Below are positions 13,270-25,021 of a stretch of 64,000 bases of DNA, piece by piece. The stretch comes from Dipteris shenzhenensis (lineage: Eukaryota), in assembly GCA_047967505.1 (NCBI GenBank), contig CM106538.1. One strand, written 5' to 3'. Every line of letters begins with the position of its first letter. Positions within the stretch are counted from its first letter, which is position 1. A program made the position numbers and the translations under genes. Below the pieces are notes generated by a model. The model had not been told where the DNA came from. It did not search any database and worked only from the letters and a program-made list of their open reading frames with translations.

Positions 13270-14370
13270 GTGAAAGGAAAATTAGTCATTACCAGTTTTG
13301 AGATCTATTGCTAGCAAACGAGGCACAAGTGAGTAAGCATGTGAGCAACAGTAGTTCACGCACTTGTCTCCTTTCGAACTCTATACTAACCAACTCTGCA
13401 CTTGTAGTGCAAAAGCATAGAAAGAGGCCATCATTGTTCTTTGATACTAAATCAGCTAGACGATCAAACTCATAATATAACCACATTCAACCCAAGCACA
13501 CAAGTCCTTGTAACCGCCAATTCAGAAGAATCTACTCATATAATCAATTCACAACATTCAGTTTGACCGACCACGTTCCAAGCACTCAAGTTGGCACCCC
13601 ACTTATCATTCATTGAAACTTTCTCTAGGATGGAGAGGATGGGGAGTCATAAAAGAGTCATGTTACTCAAGGTTGATTTTTCCAAGGCTAATGCACACGA
13701 AAAAGAACCACTACAAGTTAGTTTCGCTGGCGAAACTATATTAGCAGATGCAACTAGCTCAAAGAATGGGTGGGAGGTGCTGACGGAAGCTTGGATGGAG
13801 GGTTTGTCAATTTCACTACACTAGCAAGTTTCAAGTTTATGGGAGCTGTTGCTTATATCTCTTACAGTTTCGGCGACAAAATTTAAGTAGTACGCTATGG
13901 GCATTTTTTAAACCATTTTGAATAGCACTAAAGGGATGTATGCTATGTGTGTTCTTATCAATTATGTTAATAGATTATGTAGGCTAAGGCTAATGACTCT
14001 TTGCGATTGACAAGTACTAGATGCACCGAGTAGTATCCAATGTCCAAAGGAATAAGGGCCAAATTAGGGCTCTCAATCATATAATATTTTAAAATCTCAT
14101 GCCCAATGTTTTGAGCAATGAAAAATATCAAAATGTCAGTACTTTACTTTAAACAATGGAAAACATCATCTTTAGGATACCTTTGCCGAAGAGGCCTTAA
14201 ATGGGTGTGTATCCCTAGTATAATTTTTACTCTAAAAACAATCATACCAAAGCATGGAATAGTTGCGAGAGAAAAATCATGGACATGATGCCATCATTAG
14301 TTCTAATGAAATAATAGAGCTCAAGAAGGTTAATGGATTGAAGGTGGTAGGAAAAAGTAAAGACATCATA

Positions 14371-15070
14371 GTTTCGCTGGCGAAACACTATTGGAGGCCA
14401 TTTCATTTGGAGTTCACAACTATAGTTTCGCTGGCGAAACTAAACGGGGCGGAAAAAATGAAACTAAGCGAAGGAGGAAGGTCGAAGGGAAACGGAAGTG
14501 GAAGAAAGGAGGGTGGAGAGGGAGAGGGAGAAGAAGAGGCAGAGGCAGAGAAAGAGAAACTAGTTCAGAGAAAGAGAAGGGGAGGTAGAGCCAGAGAAAG
14601 AGGCAGAGAAGACTAGTTTCGTTGGCACTAGCTTCGCTGGCGAAACTAGTGAACACGCCTACGCCTACGCCTACGCCCACGCCCACGCCTACGCCCACGC
14701 CCACGCCTACGCCCATGCCCACGCCTAGTTTCGTTGGCACTAGTTTCGCTCACGCCTACGCCTACGCCCACGCCCATGCCTACACCCACGCCTACGCCTA
14801 TGCCTACGCCTTCACTAGTTTCGCCAGTGAAACTAGTGAACACTAGTTTCGCCAGCGAAACTAGTGTTCTTTCGCCAGCGAAACTAGTGTTCTTTCACCA
14901 GCGAAACTAGTGAACACTAGTTTCGCCGGCGAAACTAGTTTCGCCAGCAAAACTAGTGTTCACTAGTTTCGCCAGCGAAACTAGTGTTCTTTTGCCAGCG
15001 AAACTAGTGAACACTAGTTTCGCTGGCAAAACTAGTGGCGTGGCGAACTAGTTTCGCCAGCGAAACTAGT
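14371..15070. repeat. Array of palindromic ACTAGTTTCGC(C/T)(A/G)GCGAAACTAGT-type motifs
   Basis: About a dozen copies (e.g. 14371, 14425, ~14632 and densely 14815-15070), with an outlier at 13721. Confidence 0.9.
14653..14810. repeat. (ACGCCY)n hexamer microsatellite
   Basis: Two tracts of acgcct/acgccc runs; a short recurrence at ~16620. Confidence 0.9.
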
Positions 15071-15107
15071 GTTCACTAGTGTTCTCTCGTTGTCTCCCTC
15101 TGGCTGC

Positions 15108-15305
15108 CGCCTTCATCACTCAGTCCTTCCTCTTCCTCTTCATCACTTAGTCCTTCCTCTTCCTCCATGCTCCCTTCATCACTCGGTCCTTCCTCTCTCT
15201 CCCTCCATACTCCCTTCATCACTCGTCCTTCCTCTTCCTCCATGCTCCCTTCATCACTCGGTCCTTCCTCTCTCTCCATGCTCCCTTCATCACTCGTCCT
15301 TCCCT
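15108..15305. repeat. ~33-bp pyrimidine-rich tandem repeat
   Basis: tccatgctcccttcatcactcggtccttcctct(c/t) units. Confidence 0.85.
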
Positions 15306-17898
15306 CTCCCTCCAAGGCTCGCTTCCACCTATCTCTCCATCCACGCTAACCACCAAGGCTCCTTTTTGCCTGTCTCTCTGTCCAAGCTAATCAACAACGC
15401 AAAGAAATTAATCAACGCTAGTTCTTTTTTCGCCAAGCTTCTTGCATGCTCTTTTTTCGCTTGCATGCTCTTTTTTCGCTTCTCCACTCACTTCCTTACG
15501 CTTCTATTGTTGTGGCTTCCTTACGCTTCTCCACTCACCATAGCCTTGGCTTCCTTATGCTTCTGTTTCCTCTACCATAGCCTTGGCTTCCTTACGCTTG
15601 CAAGACATCTTTGCCTTCACTTCGCTGGCTCCTACCTTGTGGCTAGTTAGCAGACGTTACCTTGTGGCTAGTTAGCAGAGGAGGAGGGATACAGAGAGCT
15701 TGTTTCTCCACAATCCTTTCTCGAGAGTCTGTCTATATTACAGAGGATTACAAATAGCTTGCTTCTACCCTCAGAATATCACAGAGAAATACTACCAGTT
15801 GCTTCTGCTTCTCCAACTTCCCTCCTCTGCTTCCTTACCCAAGCTCTCGGATTCTCCTCACGGCAGTAGAGTGGCCGACCTCGGCGCCCTCACCGACGAG
15901 ACTGTCTCCATCCGCCTCGGTAAGAAGCGTGGTGACCCTGCTGTCATCTCTATCAAAACTGCTTGGACTCGGCTGCGAGCTCGCTCGCATCGTCTTCAAA
16001 TTCGGTCTCGACTTGGTTCGCGCAGGTATAATGTCTTTGTTACGCCAATTTCTCGCTCGGATTGCTTTGTTTTTTAGGAGGAATCGTGGCCTGATCTCCT
16101 CCTCCTTCTTTGCTTCTTTGCTTCTTTGCTTTGCTTCTTTGTATACAATGGTTACTCTATTAACCTTCTATATATTTGCCACAGCACACGATTCCTTCCT
16201 TCACGTCTTCAAGCTTCTTACCTCTAGCATTTAGTACTCTACTTACGTGGACGGTTTGTGCCTACTCATTGTCTGGCTCCCTCTTGCCTTTCGGGAAGTT
16301 GCAAGTACACCGAACTGCTTCTTGTCGCTCCTACTTTTCGGCATTTCGAGGGTATTTCCTGCCTTCATGGTTCACAGCTCCTTGACGTTCTTCTTCTTAG
16401 TATGGTTCGGCTCCTTAAGATTGTTTTCTCTTAACTTCTTTGCTCGCTACCTTCATGGTATCTTGGCATATTTACTAGCGACGGATTTGTTCCTGAGCTC
16501 CCTTTCAACTTTCTCTGCCCCACTTCTTTGTGCCTTTGACTGATTCACCATCAGGATTCTTCGGTTGCTCTCATCCACTTCTCCGTCTTCAGTATCACTC
16601 CTCCACTTCTCCTTCTTCGCCCACGCCCACGCCTAGGATTGCTCACGGGCTTGTTCGCAAGGATTAAAGGGAACTAAAGGAGACTCCAGCTTTAGGATGT
16701 GCGCATAATTTTGTGCTATCTCTGATATGTTCTGCAGATTTTGTCTTGTTTGCTCTTCATAATCTCGCTCTTCGCGCAGCGTAAATCCTGAATACTGAGG
16801 CACTTCATTGGTTTCAAATCTTTAGGCGAAGGATCCTAACCTGAAGGGCTTGCGAATGCAAAGAACGCTCTGCATAGCCGTCCTCTGTGTTCATCCGATT
16901 GACACTATCCGGCCCTCTAGCAGCAAGGCAATTCCTTAATTACTCTTGACTTGGCATTTTTGACTTATGGCTCATTGTATTGCTACTGGCTTCTATCTCC
17001 AGGGTCCTGCTAAGGTATGTTGTGTATGAGACACAAGATTCAGAGACATTGCATGAGTCACATCACTGCAGGTCTTGAGCCTTATGGAGAAAGAGCAAGA
17101 TAAGAGTCTGAACCAGTTATTGTGCGAAGCTTATGCCAGCTCCACTGTCTCTTCAAATGGATGATAAAGAACTTTCAGAGGATTTGGAGTCCATTTGATG
17201 TAAGATGAGCGATGGCAGCACTTTGATTTGGAGAGGGAGAGAGTGCCAGAAGCACTGCCCATTTGCGCTGGGCACAAATGTCTCCTGGCAGAGCCAAAAG
17301 GCCATGTGGTGGCTCGACTCTCCATTTGCGCTGAGCGAAAATTGGCAGAACCGAATGGCCCCTTCTCCCTTTGGAGGCTTGACAAGCCTTTGCGCTGGGC
17401 GCAAACGAGTGTTGGAAGGACCAAATGCCATATATGGATAGTTTGGCGAGGGGAAGACGGGGCCATTTGTGCAGAGCGCAAACAGCTCAGCCCAGAGCCA
17501 AACGGAGCCCAGACTTGGGACAGGCTAGCCAGCATCATGCGAACATATGCATCTCTAGCCTTCGAATAAGCATCACTAAAGAAAGGGCAACAATACGAAA
17601 TTTGGGAATCAGTCTGAATTTCCATGCTTTCTTCTGTTCAGCTGAATTTCTCCCGTGCCTTCACTCTGTCATTTTTCAGATGGTTACACTCTGTCATTTT
17701 TCATTTAATCATTTCAAAGATGGTTTCACTATGTCATTTATTTGTTTTTCTTCTTGTGCAGGTGAGCTTATTGAAAGTTGTGCAACAAATGCCTCCAGTA
17801 AGTTTGGTTTCTTTTTCTTTTTCTAGTTGCATTTCACCTTTGCATTTTTGCAAATCTTGTAATTGAGTTCTTCAAACGTGTAGAGAAAGAAACGTGAT

Positions 17899-20800
17899 GT
17901 GTCTAGTCCTATCACAAGGAAAGGTGGCAAAAGGAAGAAGCAAGAGTCAGAGGTCAAGAATGAACTGAAGGAGCTTGAGCAAGTTGACATTGAAAATGAT
18001 ATTGAGGATCCTGAGGACAACAAGGATAAAACTATAGATGATCCATCCAACAAAGTAGGAGTTAAAGATGATGTGGAGGATATCATTCCAGAGTGTGATG
18101 AGAGACCTTCAGGTGCAGATATTTTAGAGCTTCTTACAGTAACTAAAGAAATTCCACCTCCTCGAATTCCCTTGTGTCGTTGTCTCATAAACCCAGTTGT
18201 GCGTCAAATTAGGAATGATTTGACCATTTTGAAAAGAGCATTTGAAATAGAGGGATACATTCCGACAAAAGGATCTTTTATTCTATCTATCAAAATGCCT
18301 GATGGGTCTTCGAAGGATGTTGATGATGTCACAAGAGAACGTTGGGACAAGAATTGGAGCTTAGCTAATGATGAGTTTGAATCAGAGATAATTGGCACAC
18401 CATGGAGCTTTCTATCAAACAAAATGTTCTTCGTGTGGGAAGGAAATCATCGTACGGCATCTTGGATGGAAAGCATAGAAGAGCTTTACACAAATATCAA
18501 GTCTAGACACATTAGAGTGCAAGCTCAAGTTATTGAACCGGAAGCAAAGGATGAGCTTAAGCTTGTTGCTGCTCTGCAAAGATTTAACTTGTAAGCCTTG
18601 TTGTTTATGTTTTCTATATTGAGATGGTAAGTGCTTGTAAATGAAACCAATTTTGATCCATTTAAGTCAATGGTTGCAGGCTTAATGAAGATGCAATTGT
18701 TGTTACTAATCTCAAGGATTATTTGTACCACACAAGCACACTCGTATCCTGTGATGCTCAATATTTTACTCAGGATTTTAGTGAGGAGGAGAAAAAAGCT
18801 ATTGAGTTGGCAAGACAGAAAGAGGTTGGAAGTGGACGAAGGGTGTGGTATCCCCTCACCCAAACTATTCTTAGGAGGATGGTATTTGCTGTAAGTATTA
18901 GTTCTTTAGTTTATATATTTTCTTTTTTTGTGACTTTGCTTTGTGTTCCAATAACATTATGATGAGATTATCTGTTTATGTTGAAAGGGGAAATGGAAAT
19001 CAGATTTTGAGGCTTTATGCAAGAAATTGCATTCTTCCATGCCAAAGGATGAGAGAGAGTCCAAGATTCATGAGATTAAAAAGATTGTGGGAGCAACATA
19101 TCGAAGAAAAATTACACGGGTAAGTTTTCAATTTACCAAATTTTGTATTTATAGATCACAAATTTGAATTTGTAGTCCACAAAATTCTACGTTTTATATC
19201 TCAGATATTTGAATTTATAGTTTGCAAATTTGAATTTATAGTTTTCAAATTCTAATTTTACAACTCATAAACCATAATATATGATTTGAAAATTATAAAA
19301 CTTGCAAATTTTTAGTTTGTACTTTGAAAACCTTAATATATGGTTTGTTGTGTGTATCAAAGTCTCTTCTAAAACTTTACTATTTGGCAAATGCTTTCAA
19401 TAGTCAATCCTTCCCATGGCAAGGAGTGGTTTAATATCCTTTGGAATTTACCATTTGAGGATACATCAATGAAGATCACTTTGGAGAAGCTTTACCAAGT
19501 ATCAATTGCAACCTGTTCCAAGGCAAAGCAACTATCTATTCTTTCTCTTCTTGGTGTAGATGACAATCTAAAGGAGAGTTATGGGATGCCTATGACTGAC
19601 CATGGTTTCATACCTTGGCTTGCAAAAGAAGTATGGATGGACCATGTGTTGGCAGATGCTGGGCGATTGCTTGACCAAGTGATGAAATCATCAAGCATTG
19701 AGGGTGCAGCTACACTTCCAGACAGTCCTTCTATTCTGGAATACTTTGATGGCATTATAGTGAGACACAGGCCTTTTTTGTTTGAGCCTTTTGCTTCATT
19801 GATGACAGTTGCTGTTGTTCCATCCAAGCAAGTTGATCTTAGAAATGCCAGCAGACGATTGGTTTACAGGTGCGTTTTGTCTTTCATTTTCAATGGAAAG
19901 ATATCTTTGTAATACCTTGCATTCTCTTATATTATCCTAAAAATCATTTAGGTATCTCCATTATCTGGCTGCAAATAAGAGTCTTAAGGTGGTACCATCC
20001 ATTTGCAAGGCTTGGACTATGCTTGCACCTGCTACTTATTGCATGTACACCTCTCATATTTTTAGAGAGAATAAGCATAAGGATGGTCATATATTGCTTA
20101 CGGAGTGGGAAAGGAAGCACTGCCCTTGGTGGATCGAGATGAAGGCTGGAACATGTATCAAGGAAGAGAAGGAAACTTATGATCGCCATTTAAAAGGTGA
20201 GTGCAAGTCAAACTCGGGTTCATCGGGCAACATGGATGAGGCACAAAAGAAGAGGCTTGAAGAGGAGCAAAAAGCAATAGTAGAAAAGCAAAAGGCAAGT
20301 CATGTGACTCCAAATAACAAACGAGGTGGAAGACCTAAACCAACGGGCACTTCTAACACAGGTCTATTTTCTTATAACTCTTTCTTTCATGTTTCAAAGT
20401 GATTAGAAGCTTCCTACAAATTTAATTTAGGATTCTTTGTTATTGTAGACAATGATCCACGAAAGGAGGAGTCTCTTCTTAGCAAGAAAGTGTGTAATAC
20501 GGATATGGTTTATGTTCCTTTGTCCACTTTCTCATCATGTGCAACTTGTATCTCACAAGAAAACTACAAAGTTTGGGAGTATGATTATGTATCACTTGGA
20601 AAAGAAGTTAAGCAATACAAGTATGATGGGGCTTTTCAAATCATAAGAAATTTTTACCATGAACTTGGTGGCATGAAGAAGTCACGCAATGGAAAAAATG
20701 CTGCATGGAGTGTGGATTTTTGCTTGATTGACCTTCCTACAGGATCAATAGTGAGTGGAATCAAGGGTGGAATCCCTGGATGGAACATTCTAAATGAGGA

Positions 20801-21638
20801 GCATATCTCATGCTCACTTGCTATTGCTTCATCTGTGATGGATGATTATGGATGGACATTGGTGATGTGTTCACCTATATCCACTTCATTCGTTGAGCGT
20901 TTGGCAAGACAAATGAGACTAGAGGTTTCTTGTAGGTGAGCAATATATCACAATTGATAATGTCTGTTTATGTGAATTTCATTCAGCTATTGGTATCTTA
21001 TAGTTAGTACATGTAGATGGATCGTGGAGACGGGAGATTGCATTGATGTTGCGGATAATGTTGGCTTTGGTGTCAAGGTATGTCATTTGGCTATTTACAT
21101 GATTGTCATGTTCTTGTTTGTTCGTATTTTAGTATTCTCCATTAACTTTTTCAATCTATGTTTTATGTAGATTACTGCCTTTCAAATCCTATTGTTCTCT
21201 AGGATTGGCAAGAAGGCACATCACTATCTTGATAGGGCAAATAAAGTTTCCCAATCCCTTAAGGTGTGCATGGACAATTATTTCATCACTCATTACTTGC
21301 CTTCAAGTGTACGGTGCATAAAAGAGGGAAAGGGTGGACAGTGGCGTGGTGGGTTGGAGAAGAGTAGCTCCATGATGTTGATGTTCATGGAGTTGTTGTG
21401 TCCGATTGGAGGCTCTGTGCTTGAGCTTGGTGCAAGTACAGCACCTGGGATGAAAGCAGCAATTCACTCAGGACGTCCATGCATGGCAGTGGACAATGAC
21501 AAAGAGATTTGCACTGGATACTTAGAAGGCATGCTTAGAGACAACTTCACAGAGGCAGGGCCTTCAAGTGTGAATCAAGCAGTCCTCATGATAGATGATG
21601 AGGAGACAGACTATGATTTTGATGCACCTCTTGATTAG
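17899..21638 (+). CDS. Multi-exon ParB/Srx-like plus beta-class amino-DNA-methyltransferase-like fusion protein (~980 aa)
   Basis: Phase-compatible exons: 17899-18590, 18680-18890, 18988-19119, 19391-19869, 19952-20361, 20449-20935, 21017-21077, 21171-21638. All junctions are GT-AG except the acceptor before 19391, which reads CAA. ParB-like FFVWEGNHRTASW (~18430-18465); MTase motif IV-like SVDFCLIDLPTG (20709-20744); motif X/I-like EKSSSMMLMFMELLCPIGGSVLELGASTA..AAIHSGRPCMAVDND. The true start is uncertain. Confidence 0.8.
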
Positions 21639-24600
21639 TGAGTAATTTATTTGATCTATGTGTATAATTTAAGCATGGTTAGATACTGACTAATTGAGCT
21701 TAGTGTTCTGCCTTGCTATGCAGAAGATGTGGCTACCCAAATGGCAGGAGATAGCACATTCGATTATGAGTTGGTGGAGAGGCATCATGGGCATCTAGAC
21801 TACATAGATGACTTGGCTGATGAGGTCCAGAGAGCATGTCCTGGCTTTTTATGGATTGATGCAAAACTTAATTTCTCATGTTTTCATTATCATCTCATGT
21901 AGACCTGGTTTCTTATGGATGGATAGCCATTACCTTCTTATGCAAACCTTAACTTCTTATGGATTGATAGATTATGGCTTCTGAATCATGTGATTTTAAT
22001 GTTCTTTGACCTAATAATATGAACATGTCATAGTTGTTTTGGAAATGTATGGCAAGTTGTAATTTTTAGGTTTGAATTTTTAGGTGAATTCATAGTTTAC
22101 ATCTTTGATTGTTAAAATATATATCCGTCCCTCTATTGAGTTTCGAAAGACTAAAAACAAATAATTGTTGGCAATCTCACAAGCTTGAGGGGAGGTATTA
22201 ATAAGCATATCTACTTAAAAGTGAACAATGCCACTAGTCCTAATTTTGTTGGCATGTTGAGGCTTATAGAAAATACAATGAATGTGCAAATATAATACAC
22301 ACAATTGCATCATGAGAGCATTCAAACCAAGGGTATATGTCTTTGGCTCTTTGTACCTTGGTACATGCATGCAGCTAATATGAGAGCTGTCGATTGAGGT
22401 TTTTAAAAAAAGATATTCCATAAAAAAACATTCATTCAAGTATAACTCCATTGAGTGTTGCTCGGATAATCCACTCAAGGGTTTCCGCTCATAATATGTA
22501 CGCACCCCGACAAATGGTAAACCGTAGTAAATACAAAATTTTACATTATTACAAAAACCAGAAGTTCTCGGTTACATTGTTTTACAATTTACAATGACCA
22601 AGCTATACAACCACCAAAATTCAACTCCACCAAGCTACTTAGAAATTGAAATGCACCAAGCTACTTGGAAGAAGAACCCTTGCACCATCACCTCCAAAGA
22701 AATTGAAAGTTCAACTTGAAAATGAGCTAGCAACATTCAACACTTTCCATTTTGGGACTAAGGGGCTTCCTCACCACCTTTCCTTGCACGCCTTTTAACC
22801 CTTGCCTATAAGAGCCTCGTTGTTGCCAACTCATTATGTAGCTCAAAGAGACCTTTAAAACTCGACGGGACATGCACATCCTTACTGCCCATCTTGGGTG
22901 CTTCCCTGAGACCCCCAAATGGGACTTGACGAGGCAGACGACACTCTCATGCACAACTTTCCTCACCTAACAACTCACAATTCCCAATCGAGTTCGGCCC
23001 CCAAGAGTCAAGGTTTCATTTGCCGAGCTACTTCGCATTTTGTAAATAATTGCCCTCGGAGGTCGGCCAGTACGAAATTGGCATTGAAAAAGAGGATGCT
23101 ATGCCGTCTCAATCTTAGGAGGGTTCTCAAAAGCAAACGAATGGTGGTGATGAGGACTCGTTGTTTGAGAGTTTGCAGGTCGTTGCCAAGAAAGGGGAAG
23201 GCTCCAAAGACAAGCCATCCGGATGGCAAATGGTGGCGCATCATGGGGAAGAAAGGAAAATCCAAGGAGGTTCTGCATGATGACATTTCGGGTGTTTTTT
23301 GGTTTGGACTCTACATGTGTAGAGCATGTGTCTAATCTGGGGTGAGAAGACTGTTGACAAGGTCACCAGCTCATGTGGATGGTGTAGATAAAGGTAAGGT
23401 TCAGAGTGAAGGCTTGAAGCGTGGAAATGAAGGCCCTCAGGAGTCTAGACCGCCGAATCCACCTAAGGAAGACTTGCCTCCGGCAAACCATAAAAAAAGG
23501 AAGCTGGAAGAGCGACGTGCATAGAAAAAGGTGCTTGGATTGAGCTCTCAGAATGTCAAAGCTCCCTCTACAAGATCGGTAGTATCAAAGAGGTGGCTCG
23601 TAATGCATGTCAAGGTAAGGAGAATAGATTTAACTTCTTTGCATAATAGGCCCTTGTAATCCAATAGATGTCTCAAAGGGGTAGTGGGGGAATAAAGTCT
23701 GTTGTTATTCTCTCGTGTAATCTACAAGGTTGTTGTAGTCCGATGAAGGAGAAAGGTTAATGCCAACATTATGTTACTCGAAGAGATAAGTGTGGGGCGA
23801 TGGTTGAAGATGCAAGAGGATGGGATAAGAGAGATTGAGAAACTAAATGGACCGTGGAAGACTTGACTAATATAAGAAGCTCTCTGCGATGTGCCCTCAA
23901 GCTGTCTAAGGGGGATCTAATTATGGCGGCCTTGCTAGTGCTAGTGCAGGAGATTCAGGCTAGAGAATTGGAGGAAGAGGATTGTGCGAGGGTTTGAAGT
24001 AGACAAATATGGCTTGAGATGTGGGATTGTCCGACAAAATTTTCCTTCCAAGTTGTGAAGCAAAATCACCAAAGGGAGACTATTGATAAGGTACTTGATG
24101 CAACATGCAAGATAGAAATTGGATTTTGGCATATAGCAGATGTCTTCAAATCACACTTGAGTGCTCTAGTGGGTTCTCATGTAGCAGACGTCTTCATATC
24201 ATGCTTGAGTGCTCTAGTGGGTTCTCATGTAACCAAAGATGAGGCATGGGAGGGGGTTGTATAGAAGGTCCTCTCAGGGTTGTCATAGAGGGTAACAGAG
24301 GTTCAGAGGCTACAACTAGCTCGCCCTTTTACTCTAGTTGAATTGTGGGAGGTGCTGATGAAGATGAAAAAAGATAGAGCTCCAGGATCGGATGGCCTTA
24401 CGTTGGAGTTTTACATTGGATACTAGGATGTGATGGGGGACGACCTAGTCAAGATAGCAAATGACACAATGACCAAAGGGTCTTTATCTCATGATGTTAA
24501 CACAGGTTTGATCAAATTATTTCCCAAGAGGCAAAGCAGGTTGAATGCAGGGATTTGGAGGCTAATCTCTATGTTGAATAGCTCTTATAAAATTGTGGCT

Positions 24601-25021
24601 AAGGCCATGGCATTGAGGATTATTAGGGAGATTTGTACACAGGTGGTCGGGTAAAGAGCAGTGTGGGTTTGTGAGTTTAGCCTTAATGTGATCCTTGAAC
24701 CAACTAAACTCAAAGGTTGGTATGGGTTATCTCTTGGGTGGAATGCCAGATCTTTAGTGGTGAAGCATGTATTATCAAGTACCACAACATATGTTGCAAT
24801 CGTGTGGAGGTTTTGGCATAGTCATTGGATGGAGATAGCAAGGTGCTTCAGGGGTTTCATATGGGTTGAGGAAGGGGGTAAGAGGTGTATGCACTATATC
24901 TCGTGGGAGGCTATCAAGGCTCCAAAGTAGCAAGATGGGCTAGGGATCCCTGACATTGAACTAAAAAATGCTTCTCTGATTGGAAAGTGGCTTCCCAAGT
25001 TATTTGGGGAGAGTGTACCAT

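Noticed and set aside
14600-15070. Palindromic repeat array as a CRISPR array
   Set aside because: Spacers are 0-10 bp or microsatellite rather than unique ~30-bp sequences; no cas genes; eukaryotic context.
14263-15650. PT/VG-repeat and Glu-rich ORFs
   Set aside because: They arise from hexamer and 33-bp repeats; there is no other evidence of coding.
15700-17130. Possible extra gene or captured fragment in the spacer between the two genes
   Set aside because: Only short ORFs with no recognisable motif and no consistent splice model; left unannotated.
17899-21638. Bacterial contamination as the source of the ParB-MTase
   Set aside because: The gene has phase-consistent spliceosomal introns and is contiguous with plant-type transposons.
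21724-21900. Additional last exon of the ParB-MTase gene (EDVATQMAGD...)
   Set aside because: It looks coding, but the available donor and acceptor give a stop or a phase mismatch, so it cannot be supported without transcripts.
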